Below are positions 12,891 through 25,450 of a stretch of DNA of 64,000 bases, in pieces. The stretch's first letter is position 1. Each line of letters opens with the position of its first letter. Made by a program: the position numbers and the translations under genes. The stretch is from Octopus sinensis (Eukaryota): positions 58,404,001 through 58,468,000 of the forward strand of contig NC_043001.1 in assembly GCF_006345805.1 (NCBI RefSeq), read 5' to 3'. The notes beneath the pieces are model-generated. The model did not search any database and was not told where the DNA came from. It saw only the letters and a program-made list of their open reading frames with translations.

Positions 12891-15670
12891 ACTTTATAAT
12901 AACGAGATGCAACTGATAACATTGTCTCATTCACATTCAATTACTCATTTGAATATTTCCTCTATTGCAAGTATGCTGCAAACGCACTTGTTGATTTTCG
13001 AGTAAATTTGAGTTGTATGCATATACACACCGGTACGCACATAAACATATAATGCACGCGAACACACACACACACTCACACACATACACGCATAGTGTGG
13101 AAAATGGTTATATCTGTATGTTTCAAAAAGTAGTTATGCATAATGCTGTTATTATTGTTATGCATGAGACAGAAGTAATAAAAGAGAGGAAGGCAGTGAG
13201 AGAGGTAGATTGCTACAGTGAATTTAAAGGAGGAGAAGACATTGACAACCTGTATATTTATGTACGTATAAAGATAAGTATTTTTGTATGTGTGTACTGA
13301 CAATTAATGAGTATATTTGATATGTATTTACTATGAAAATATTTGATGTCTCTTTAATATATTATGAACTAACATTGTTCATAAAATGGAATAAAAATGT
13401 GATGTATTCATATATTTTTGCATCATCTTTAGATTTATTTCTTACCTCAAGTTTTTCTCCTCACCAAATTGATGGCTTTTAAGGAGAGTTGTTGTGAGCG
13501 TACAAGGATTGCATTTCTTATTGTTTATTTCTATTGTTCGGCAACAAACCATTTATGGTTGTACGTTGGAAATGCAAATAAATTTCACTCTCTTTTGTTT
13601 CCTTCGCAAATCAATTTTTGATCATTATATATACATTCAGACACACGCATACATACATACATACATGCATACATATACATGTGTATATACGGTGTATACT
13701 TGTGTTTATGCGTATGTATATGTATGCATATATATATACACACAACACGTATATATATATATACATATATATATATATTGATATATATGTATTATGTATA
13801 TGTATGTATGTATAAGCACGTGTATGTGTATATGTAGATGTTGAGGTATTTATGTGCAGCCATACTTAATATTCTTTCAGCTACTAAATTAACTTGAATC
13901 TCATCCTTTAACAGTTTTCTAATTTCTATTGCTAAATTAAAATTGCTTTCCTGTTCTTGAATCCACAGGAACAATAAACCTCGTCCCCTCTGTAATATCA
14001 CACCTATAGCTCTTGTTGTTGCTCACAAAAATGCATTGTTCTCTTTAATCGCCTTTATTGTTAATAGAACACTTATTTGCTTGTTGCTGGTTAATTTTGT
14101 TGAATTATTTTGTTGGAATTTTATATGTCTCCTGTTGAATTCTATTCTCTAATAACAGCCTTTAGCTAAATTATTTATTTAGCAAATTATCTGTGTTGAA
14201 CAGTGAAATAGCAAGGAATAAATTCATTTTACAAAAGAAAATATTTGAATAGAAAATAGATAAGATACCTTTAGCTAAATTTCTAGCTTAATTTATGCAA
14301 GAGAAGCTCTAAACCTGTCCAAGGATCTATAGTATAATATATTATTTTGTCAAGCTTCCGCATTTTTTCAGAAACTTAGCTGCTTATCTAATGGGTGGCT
14401 GTGCTCACACGGTTACAGAAGTAATCATTGTACTGGAATAAATGTAGGTCTTACCTTAAAAATTGGTGCAAGTGAATAATTTCCCTGTTATTGCTTTAGT
14501 GATAATTATGTCCGCTTCGTCATATTCATTTTGTGAGCATCTTCATTCATTATAATCTGTGATTGTTATGTCCCATTGATTTTCAGCCTGGTGAAAAAAT
14601 ATTAAGCAATTTGCATAAATCTTAAGGCATTTGCTGATATTGTTTGCAAGTTATTCCATTCTATCCCAGTTATTTCAAATCTCTGTTTTATCCAATGTGT
14701 CTCAATAGGGGGTTTTTATGAGATACAGATCACAATTGGGCACCTTTACTGTATCTTTGTCTTCTTTTTTTTCTAACTTTTTTATATTTTCTACTTTAAA
14801 ATTACTTTCCAACAAACACTGCTTGGCATGTGGTATATATTTAATTAGCTGTGGAAACATCAGATATTGCATTTAATGATTTAAACCTTTACATATTTAA
14901 GCTCAGCATTATTTGAATAATTAATTTGCATTTAGGTGTGACGTGAGGATCATAAATTTTCTTCTTCAAGGCGTAGTCACCCTTATCTTGACAGTTATCA
15001 GAGAGAGATCTCATCATAAACCTGGAGCGATTTTATCAGCACACATTCGAACCAAGACGTAGTATAATTCATATTTTTCAGGTGCTAGTATCTATACAAT
15101 ACACAATAACTTCTCTCATGCCTGCCACTTTTTTCAGTCTCCAAAGTAAACGTGTTCGTTCTCGTCCTCTTTCCTAAATTATACAAATAAAGTTATCCTC
15201 TCGTGGATGACTGATATATAGTTGTTTTAGAAAGAACTGTATATTTGTTTTCCGATGGTAACAAACATACAGTGCTGAGCATTTGCTCGGTATTCTATAT
15301 ATCAATACTGATTTTAAATTTTGGCACACGGCCAGCAAGTCCGAGGGAGTGGGGCAATTCGATCACAGTGACATCAGTACTATTTTAATAAGCACACTGG
15401 CTAATCATAGTATTTCTCTATATATCACTGAGGCAGACGAATCGCTGCTACATCTAGCGGTCGAGCGTCCATTATTGACAAGACCAAGTAAGTTCGAAAT
15501 CACGTGGTCTCGATGCTGGACTGGCGAGAATTTATCTCACCGCTAGCGTTATAAACAAGAGTCCATTTGCACGAGAAGCCAATATGTAAGTCTCTCTCAT
15601 GATGACTACCGAAGTATAGTGTGTTGAAACAAATTATCCACATTTAAGCGGGGATAAATATATTATATAT

Positions 15671-15726
<56 letters not shown>

Positions 15727-16184
15727 CATATACGTACATACAGACACACACACACATATATTTATGTATTTATAAATAAAAGCGTTTCTTTGAGTCTGTG
15801 ATTGTGCCTTTTCACTGTTTCACAGTCGGTGTTCATTTGTTTGCGTCTCCCGTACCTAACAGTTTCCGCCCAAATAATCCGGTATAATATGTATCAAGGT
15901 TTCAAAATAATAAGTATTTTATTCAATTAAAATATGAAAGATGGTGCTACAGCACAGTCGTAGTTTAATGAATAAAACAACTGAAGATAAATGATAGAGA
16001 CGTAATAAATATAAGCTGCACAAACCTCTGGCCACTTCTGTAGACATATATTTTAACTAGAAACAGCAACATTATATACCCAGTATTATTGCATCACTGT
16101 CTTTTGAAACATAATTGAAACTTTACATCTTGTTAATTTTCTATATAGGTGTAGGAGTGGCTGTGTGGTAAGTATTTTGCTTAC

Positions 16185-18229
16185 CCAGAATGCAACACTA
16201 GTTGGTCTGGACTGTTACAGTGAGAAGATGTGAGTTTCGGCTCCGCGAACAGATAAAAAGAACAAAAAGAAAAATTGTCAATTATGGCTCGCTATAACGA
16301 GCACAATACTGGGTTCTCAGCACCGTAACGGTGAATTGAGAATATTTTTGAAAATTCTTCTTGTGAATTCTATTGGGCGTATCTTGCCAAAAAAAAAAGA
16401 ATAAGCCATTTGGATTACCTTTTTGGAGTATTATACAAAGGACTCTCTGTCTGTGCTATTTGTGAGAATTTTCTTTTACTTTTCCCTTCTATTATTTCGT
16501 TCTTTCTAAAATTTTTTGGTTCATTCTTTTCATTACTTTAATTTCAGTTTCCTCCCCTCCCCTTTGTTTTGTTTCATTTTTATTCGGTTTAATTTTTTGG
16601 CAGACTGCCTTTTGAAACTACTTTTCAACTGTTTTTTGACATGGCAGAGAAGGAACTTAAAAAGAAAAACTCTTTCTTAGAGTGGGAAATTAACCCGCCT
16701 AAGCAATGGTTAAAAGATATGGCAGAGAAGACGGTGGTACTTAGAATATATTCTAAAGTTCTTAATTCCATCACCGTCTTCCCAAAACAATTCATAAAAT
16801 ATGAACTTAAAGAACATTTGTCCTCTGTAAAATATATATCCCGTGGTGTCAAACATGCAACCTTATGGTTGCTGTTTGACAACGGGGAAAAGGCTAGCCA
16901 GTTTGCGAGTCAGCCTTTAGAAGGCAAGGAAATCCTGTTTCTCCCGTCATATTGTGGAAGAAAATTAATACGAACCTGGATATGTGGGCTTCCCCCGGGG
17001 ACCGAAGCGGACTGGATTGAAGATACCATTCGACGGGGACTGGGAGATAGCGGGCCCAGGCTCTTAAATGTAAGAGTATTGCCGACGGTCGATTGGGAAG
17101 GGTCAAAAGCGATTTTGACCCTGTGGACCCCATCGGCCGCAACAGAAGTGGTTTTTCCAGATTTCTTGAAAATGGCTGGCTGCAGGTATCCGGTGATACT
17201 TGAGGGACGTCCCCCAAAGTGTCACTCATGCCTGCAGCCAGGCCACATTAAAATGCACCTCCCCCAGGACCATGGTAAGGTCCTGGAAAAGTCACCAGAT
17301 GCCACCTCCCTTACCCGGTCAAAGGGAAAGGTGGATATGGTCGGGGAGGCTTCAGCCCCCTCAACTCAAAAAGGATTAAAAAGGAAGAAGGCGGGCAACA
17401 ATAGTTGCCCGCCGAAGGAACCTAAGGCTTCGGGAGACGGGGGAGAGTCTCCGGACAAAGCGGAAGGGCTCCACTCTCCCGAAGCCACGAAGAAAAAAAA
17501 AAGGAAGAAGAACGGGTCATCTCAGCAGGGAGATGATGTGCCGTCTTCATGTACCGAAGTTCTGCCACCCACGGTGGAAGAAACCACCCCCACCCTTAAA
17601 GATGATCAATTAATTATCGTTTTCTACAAGGGCGGGGAGGTGGATAAATAGTAGAAGAACTTAAAGAAACAGTAGATATGCCCTTCACACGGGATCCCGA
17701 ATGATCTCCGCAGATAGCTGTGGAGATCATAAGTTTTCCCTTGTGGGAAAGGCTTAAAGGATTTGGGGAGGAGTGTCGCATATGGCCCAGTGACCCTTAC
17801 ACGACTTACATGTCCTACATGAGTGAGGCATGGGAAATAGCGGGATACAGGAACTCAAGCGGCATTGAAGATAATGATGACTATATCGATGGATATATCG
17901 AAGAGTAGGAGGTGAAAGACCTTCGTTACAGAGTTTGAAACCTCACCTTATTGGACTATTTTGTAGTGGTTTATAACCTCAATTTTGTGTTATAAGAAAG
18001 AAAAAAGAAAATATCTTAAGTAAGAGGTTTTAGTGCCTCCTCCTTGTAAAAGGTTCGAAACCTTATATTGATTTAAAAACAAAAAGAAAATATGTTTTCG
18101 AGAAAAATCCAATCGGCGGGTGTTGGGTTTCGTCTTTCATTTATTCATTATAATTCATTTTCATTCATTAATGCGTTTGTCCAGGCCGCAAAGTTCTTTG
18201 TACTGTCTATATGACAAATTTATGAAATA
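16185..18229 (+). mobile_element. ORF1-only (HAL1-like) L1/Tx1-type non-autonomous retroelement
   Basis: Flanked by a diverged 15-bp duplication (aagtattttgcttac 16170-16184 / aagtagcttgctaac 18230-18244). It has a ~455-nt 5' UTR, a gag-like ORF1 and a T-rich 3' UTR ending in AATAAA at the TSD. No APE or RT motif inside. Confidence 0.75.
16641..17651 (+). CDS. L1/Tx1-type ORF1p-like nucleic-acid-binding protein (RRM-like region, degenerate zinc knuckle, basic tail); probably extended to 17908 before a frameshift and a stop
   Basis: 336-aa GC-richer ORF. PVILEGRPPKCHSCLQPGHIKMHL is C-x2-C-x4-H-x4-(L). NLS-like KRKK and KKKKRKK. A shifted frame from 17648 continues IVEELKETVDMPF...*...WERLKGFGEECRIWP...DYIDGYIEE*. 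Confidence 0.7.
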   Translation: MAEKELKKKNSFLEWEINPPKQWLKDMAEKTVVLRIYSKVLNSITVFPKQFIKYELKEHLSSVKYISRGVKHATLWLLFDNGEKASQFASQPLEGKEILFLPSYCGRKLIRTWICGLPPGTEADWIEDTIRRGLGDSGPRLLNVRVLPTVDWEGSKAILTLWTPSAATEVVFPDFLKMAGCRYPVILEGRPPKCHSCLQPGHIKMHLPQDHGKVLEKSPDATSLTRSKGKVDMVGEASAPSTQKGLKRKKAGNNSCPPKEPKASGDGGESPDKAEGLHSPEATKKKKRKKNGSSQQGDDVPSSCTEVLPPTVEETTPTLKDDQLIIVFYKGGEVDK

Positions 18230-18934
18230 AAGTAGCTTGCTAACGAATCACATGGTTCCGGGTTCAGTCCCACTGCGTAGCACCTTGGGCAAATGCTTTC
18301 TAGTATAGCCTCGGGGCGACCGAAGCCTTATGAGTGGATTTGGTAGACGGAAACTGAAAGAAGCCGTATATATGTATGTATGTATGTGATTGTGTGTCTG
18401 TGTTTGTCCTCCCCAACATCGCTTGTCAACCGATGCCTGTGTGCTTACGTCCCCGTAACTTAGCGGTTCGGCAAAAGAGACCGATAGAATAAGAACTAGG
18501 CTTACAAAGAATAAGTCCTGGGGTCGATTTGGTCGACTAAATGCGGTGCTCCCGCATGGCCACAGTCAAATGACTGAAACAAGTAAAAGAGTAAATGAGT
18601 AAATATTAAGTTCGAAAAGATGAAATGCTGATATTTGGTAAATATTCATTATATTTTGGCAAATAAAATTAACTTGGGTCTAAATAAAATCAGATGTCAC
18701 TCAACACTAAACTTCTCAGCTGTCCATATGCTACTTAAGTCTATTGGCGTAAATCCACATGACCAGTTTAGTTGGGCTACAGAAACCAGGAGAGCTAACA
18801 TTTAATAGCATAGGAAAAATAGTAATCTTAAAAAAAACTATATTTAATACCATTGCTATTTCAATAGCTGTTGATGCTGTATGCTCTATTGGTTTATAAT
18901 TTTTGACAATGCCAACAGTTACTGAGGAGGTGGA

Positions 18935-19085
18935 TAACTCGATTATATCGACAACATTGCTCAGCTGGATGAAACGATGAAAGGCAAATCAACTTCGACG
19001 AAATTTGAAATTTAGAAGTATAGACAGACGAAATGCCGTTAAGCATTTCTCCCCATGTGTAAGGCATTCTATCAGCGCTCCCCCT
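18935..19085 (-). mobile_element. SINE family a, diverged copy
   Basis: Reverse complement matches 11962-12130 (gatgaaaggcaaa...aatttgaa...gacgaaatgccg.taagcattt). Confidence 0.7.
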
Positions 19086-19174
19086 TGATTACTCTATGTT
19101 ACATTAACACAGAAATCTTAGTAAAAATCCTGTGAAAACACACATACATTTTCGTAACGTAATTATTTGGTGGT

Positions 19175-19315
19175 AGTAGTAGCAGCAGCAGCAGCAGTAG
19201 TAGTAGCAGCAGCAGCAGTAGTAGTAGCAGTAGCAGTAGCATCAGTAGCAGTAGCAACAGTAGCAGCAGCAACAGTAGCAGTAGCAGCAGCAGCAGTAGT
19301 AGTAGTAGTAGTATT
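19175..19315 (+). repeat. (TAG)/(CAG)/(CAA) compound microsatellite
   Basis: Direct reading. Confidence 0.95.
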
Positions 19316-20699
19316 GATGGGGTGGTGTTCACATTCGATTTTTCGACTAAACTATCCATATGACATTTTCGTTTTCATATTTGTTTTTTTTAGCTTTTTT
19401 GTATATTTTTCGCAATACTATTCATCGGACGCTATTTCTGAGTCAGAAACCGTCAAGGACGAGCAAAATATCAAATGAAAATGAAATTACCCGGAGCCGA
19501 AATGTATACCGGAACAATTACACCAACCCATTGATAAATTTTTAATCGACTCGAAAGGGTCAAATTGAACTTGCATTCGGTAGTTTTGAATTCAGATATT
19601 TATGAAATGGGAACCAATTCCGCGAGGCTTTTTATCCAACGTTGTAAATCCTACCAGTTCACCGTTTAAATAAATTTATGTTAATAAATGATTTCAATAT
19701 AATGTTAAGATTTTAATAAATTCTAAAATGCACACGTTTACGCAAATAACTGAACAAAATGTTATTTGAATTGATGAATGCATGGATGGTTCGATGCATG
19801 GACCGGCGACTTTTCTTAAGTTAATTAACTATTTATGCTGCATAGTTTCAGTTTGGTTGTTAAAAGTTAGCATTGAAAATATTTAAGCTATTCAACTTTT
19901 TGCCGATAATCCAGTATATTCAGTCTTCAGCCACTTTACCGACTACAAAATAGAAATGGAATTCTTTGTTCTTCAATAGAAGACTAGAGGTTTGGGAGTA
20001 AATATGCAATTAATATAAATAAATGAATTTTCTGGAAGAAAATTTACTGTGAAAAATCCATTTATATTAAAGACCTACCGCTCAGAAATTCCAATTAAAG
20101 TAGAAGATTAAACTTTTAAATCAAGCATATTGGAATCTGTTCCTGACTTTATAAATCTTCTAATGTGCCTTTGAGGTTACTTCAACTAATAACTTAACTC
20201 GGTAAACTCTCTGCAAAGTAGACATCTCCAGTTTTGTAATTTTTCTCTCTTTCTCAGCAAACCAAATAACATAACTCCATTCTAGTAATTCCAACGCATT
20301 TGTAATCAATTTCGATCAGTGGGAGATGTATTGGATAAAGTTGCAATGTTGATTGCAACTGTCTGGATTGTGTAATTAATCTATCCCACAATGATTCGTC
20401 TCAGGCGTGCAGTGATCAATGACGGATCACAAACCTCGGAGAAATCGATTAGAGCTTCAGTTGTTCTATCTCAAGAGAAGGCAAGCTTACATGCTGCTCT
20501 CCAAATCCAATTATTTTGCACAGTGAAATTTAGCAGATGTTTAATTGACTACCTTTGATTTCTGTAAATTTGCCAAATGTTATTTCCATTCGCCATAATA
20601 TGGATGTGAAAACTATATTTTCAAGATATTTCCCCTGGACTTAAATGTTATATATGTGTGTACGTAGTTCTCTTTATACAGACCTACATATGTATATAT

Positions 20700-20738
<39 letters not shown>

Positions 20739-22443
20739 AAAACATAGATGTAAATAGATAGATAGATAGATAGATAGATACAGAGAGAGAGAGGAAGAGA
20801 GAGATTAACAGGCGACGCTATAGTGAAGTATTTTCTTGCTGGGGCTAAGGGTATATATTTGTGATTTTATATGTTGATGTGTATGAGTGTGTGAATAAGG
20901 GGTGGGTGTTTGGTTTTAAACCATTTCTGTTCTTTAACTATACTCTAAACTGCTTTTATTTACGTGTCGGGAGCAGCATTTTCAGTTCTCTGTACACAAA
21001 GATGCGTAAGATTCTTACTCAATCGATAGCAGCGAACATTCAGATGATACATACATTAATGTATGCATGCATACATACATAGATACATACATACATGTGT
21101 ACGTTCGCACATACATATATACATGCATACATACAAACACACACACACATATATATACACATACAGAAACACACACACACACATCTTTCGATGCCTCGTA
21201 GTATATTTAATGCTGTTTATTTCAAGTTCGACATGACCTTAGAAGAACTGACAAATTTATATATTACCACACCACACTCGAGATGAAAATCGAATGTGAA
21301 TTCTTTCAGTTTGATACACCCAGCTTTGTTCCTCAATCTATGCCGAGAGTCCTCGTCTCCTCAATAAATCCGAAATTGAATGACACTGCCTTGTGATACC
21401 GATAGGTTCTGTTTGATAGCCATTTTGTTTGGCCCTTGTGTAGATACCGCTCGCATTTGGAACAACCCTCTGATACGAGACAAAAACCAGGTACCTTGAG
21501 GAAAATCGTGAATTAGTGATGACTGATCATATCGAAAGATTCTAGTTGATGCAAATAGAACAGATTCCTACCGAAGCCAGATTCATGACCCTCCTTATTT
21601 ACAATGTTTCCCATAAGATGAAAGTTGTCCTGGCTAGTATTTTAAGCATTTAGTTGCAGATATGCTCCACTCACAATGTATGCGGAAGCATCAACACCTC
21701 TGCGGGAATTTTTTGGTCAAACTCATTCAGGCGAGTTTTTTTTTCCATTTATCTTTCGTCATACGCATTCTCTGCAAGTTTCAACATTCTCGCATTGCAA
21801 AAGTGGGAATTCTCTAGTTGTATAGCAAGTCTTCTTGTGTCTACTGTTCAGCAAACTGCTGCCCAAGAGAAGCATTCCACTGCAATTGTAGTTAAGCAGA
21901 GTGCCGCTCGAAGACATGCATCACTATCATGTTTACCTCTGCTTACGCTCATGTTCACTTCTCTGAAGTAAGCATTTTTCTGTCGATACTCACTCCATTG
22001 TTAACATTTATATACCAGCGATGAGTTTCAGCACTCTGTATTCAGTCCACTGTCTTCTGAGCAGAAAACACGGAAACAACATTTTTTTGACAGATATTTT
22101 GCATGTGGATTTTTCCTCGAGTGTAAATCTACATGTAAATCTGTGCTCACTACAAAGCACAACTCAGGCATTGTATCTATGAATACACTACCTGATCACA
22201 CATCGCCAGACATTACCCCAACACTGACAACAAGGTCATATGTGGCTCCAGCAATGGTGAAGTTCTGTTGTGGTCAACGTGATCATGAGGGTGAGTATTT
22301 TATTTATTCGCGTCCTATAATATCGGCTGGTCTCCAACGCGATAACAGAGTTGGCCTTTACAGCTCATTATCATTTTTATCTATAAAATGTATGTGCCAT
22401 AGGCTCTCCCTCGCTTGCATTTGGAGATCTCAGCGAACATATA

Positions 22444-22698
22444 CAGTAATCCCTCAACTATCGCGGGTTTTACGTTCCAAAACATTCCGCGATATTTGAA
22501 AATCCGTGAAGTAGAAACAATAGTACACTGTATTTTTTTATGTTCATAATTTGTATATATTTATTTTATAAATGGAAAACAACACCACAGAGAAATCGAC
22601 GAAAGCTTAAATAATAAACCGCAATAGGTTAACCACGATAGGTGAACCACTATAGGTGTACTGCGATAGGTGAACCGCGATATGCCGAGGGATTACTG
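22444..22698. mobile_element. Tigger/pogo-like MITE (~255 bp) with TA TSD
   Basis: TIRs cagtaatccctcaactatcgcgg / ccgcgatatgccgagggattactg; TA on both sides; four subterminal 14-mers (cgataggtgaaccg-like) at ~22621-22680. Confidence 0.85.
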
Positions 22699-24481
22699 TA
22701 ATATGTATCTCTTCATACTTGAGATATTATCATCTATGCAAATTATTTGAAAATAGTTTTAAGAGTAACAAAATCTGCCCTGAAGATTAAGATCAACAAT
22801 TAAAGGCATTGCATGATCACACAGCATGTGCAATACTTTTCTTCGATGGCTTGTAAGTTTTTATGGGCATTTTAGTGCTAAACTAAGAGACATAACCAGA
22901 ATGATAAATACAGTTATCTAGCATGTGAAATCGACTGAAATCAACAATTTGTTAAGGATCACTAATATACGTGTAGCATATATCCACAATTACCCAAAAT
23001 CATATTCCGTTTTCGGTTAAGTCTTTCTCGTTTATCACACACACACACATTCCAACAAATTGACAATAATTCAGTGTTTAATGTCACTAGCATTAACACT
23101 AACTGTCACCTTAATGTTATTTTACATCGTTTAGAAATTAATGACTCGTCAAACCCTTGTTTGCCGTATGACTTCGTTTCTGTCATTATCCTTCGAACTT
23201 AGTTTTGAAGAGTTGGTCGATATTTTTGTCACTTTTCTTTGACTAATGGTTAAATTATAGCCTCGTACGTCCTTTCAATATTCCAACAATCCCTCCTTCG
23301 AAAGTAATCTGATCGTAGCTCTACATTTATTCAAGTGACAGAATGTGAAATTTTTCTTTGCCCACACCTGGACAAATATCTCAGCCAAAAATACAGGGTT
23401 TATTTTGATGCACTTTTATTAGCTCTGATTGTGTAATCAATAATTAAAAACTTTCTGGTCACAGTAATATGTGCGAGACTGTCATTTTTTCTCCACTAAT
23501 ATATTCAGTGTACAAGTGAGTGAGAAAGAAAGAGTATAAATGAAAGATTGTAACAGTGGTTATTTTAGTGCAGAGTTATGCATGAAAATCACTTTCGATG
23601 CATTAAATGTCTTACGGTTTCGGAGTATTTATGTTCATGTGCTTTTTATTCTGTATTTAAAGAATATATCTGAGGGGAAACGTTCAATTTGCGTTGAGTG
23701 GTTTTGCTTGGAAAGAAATCCTTCATTTCTGTTCCTTCAATTGGATTCAGCTCCAATACGATTTGATGATATTGCAGTCATAAGTACTATCGAGTCCATT
23801 GAAAGCACCACACACACCCTGTCTGCGGTCTTTTCTCCTTATTTATAAAGCTATAGCTCACCCAAATGTCTCTAGAAATATGACAACTAAGTAAAGGCGA
23901 TGTTACTCTCTATGCTTTCGTTGTGTTGTCATTCAGTGTTGCCATCCTATTACGTGCTTTTACTGTTCGAGCGCATGTTCACCGTCGGTTTTTGCATATT
24001 AACGTTATTGTAGTTGTCATCACGCGAGATTACCAAAATATCTGAATTAACCATTAAATTTCTTTGGAAAACGCGAAGGTTTTCCTTCCGAAAGAATTTA
24101 ATAAAAAAAAAGGGATGGTGCCTGTTGATCTTTATACTATGCATTGCAATTTCGGAAATGTAATTCCTATTTTGTTCCCTTCTTCTAGCTGTTGCTTAGT
24201 TGAATTGACGAAATTACGAATCAAACCAGCATATTCTGTAAAATCATTTTGTTTTTTGTCTTATTTTTGTTAACATATGCGAAAATTAATGATCAGCTTG
24301 AAGTGTGTGTGTGTGCATGTATGTATGTATGTATGTATGTATGTGTGTGTGTATTTGTATGTATCTAAATCATATGATAAACATTCTTGGTAGGGGTGGT
24401 GATCCAGAAATCAAACTCGAGGAAAGAAGAGAAATACGTCTGTTCAATCCGAGCGCTAGAACAAAAACAAGAAAATTAATA

Positions 24482-24531
<50 letters not shown>

Positions 24532-24928
24532 ACTACTACTACTACTACTAAATAACTACATCGGCAGCAACAATAACGATAACTATAATAAGTACCTAGA
24601 CTGAAGTCATTCATTTCTGCTTCCATAATGTTCATTCAATAAAAAACACCCAGCAATTCAGAGAAATCATTCAGTTGTTTACTCTATATATTAATCAAAT
24701 GGAATCACACAGTCGAATTCATTGATCGTAGAGAGTTTACTTAATATAAACTGTCTGTTGCCGTCGTATATCGCAAACGTCTATAAGTCCCATCAATAAA
24801 CCGTCAGAATTTTATGAAAACACACTCACACATATATGCATATACACATACCTACATATATATCTATGTAACTTTTCATACATATTGAGGAAGCATATAT
24901 ATATATATATATGTGTATTTGTGTGCAA

Positions 24929-24979
<51 letters not shown>

Positions 24980-25059
24980 TGTGTTTGTGTGTCTATACAC
25001 ATACGCTCACACAAACGTGTACACATACAGAGACAAACATGTGCGTATATATATATATA

Positions 25060-25375
<316 letters not shown>

Positions 25376-25403
25376 GAGAGATATATAAATATATATATGT
25401 ATA

Positions 25404-25450
<47 letters not shown>

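Larger units (their letters stand above)
16147..18600 (+). mobile_element. tRNA-derived SINE (family b) split by a 2.05-kb insertion: head 16147-16184, remainder 18230-18600
   Basis: The two parts join to give the uninterrupted copy at 36143-36577 (ggagtggctgtgtggtaag...cttgcttaccaaccacatggtt...aagtaaaagag). Confidence 0.85.

Noticed and set aside
13860-14760. Possible ancient LINE on the minus strand (RGRGLL-like word)
   Set aside because: Only one short motif; no ordered series of RT or EN motifs recognisable.
15455-15547. Short nested inverted words (ctagcggt/accgctag, gacca/tggtc)
   Set aside because: Stems of only 5-8 bp are expected by chance; no TSD and no second copy in the window.
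21337-21362. HDV-like P3/L3 motif GAG-TCCTCGT-CTC
   Set aside because: No P1 or P2 partners could be found in the required order.
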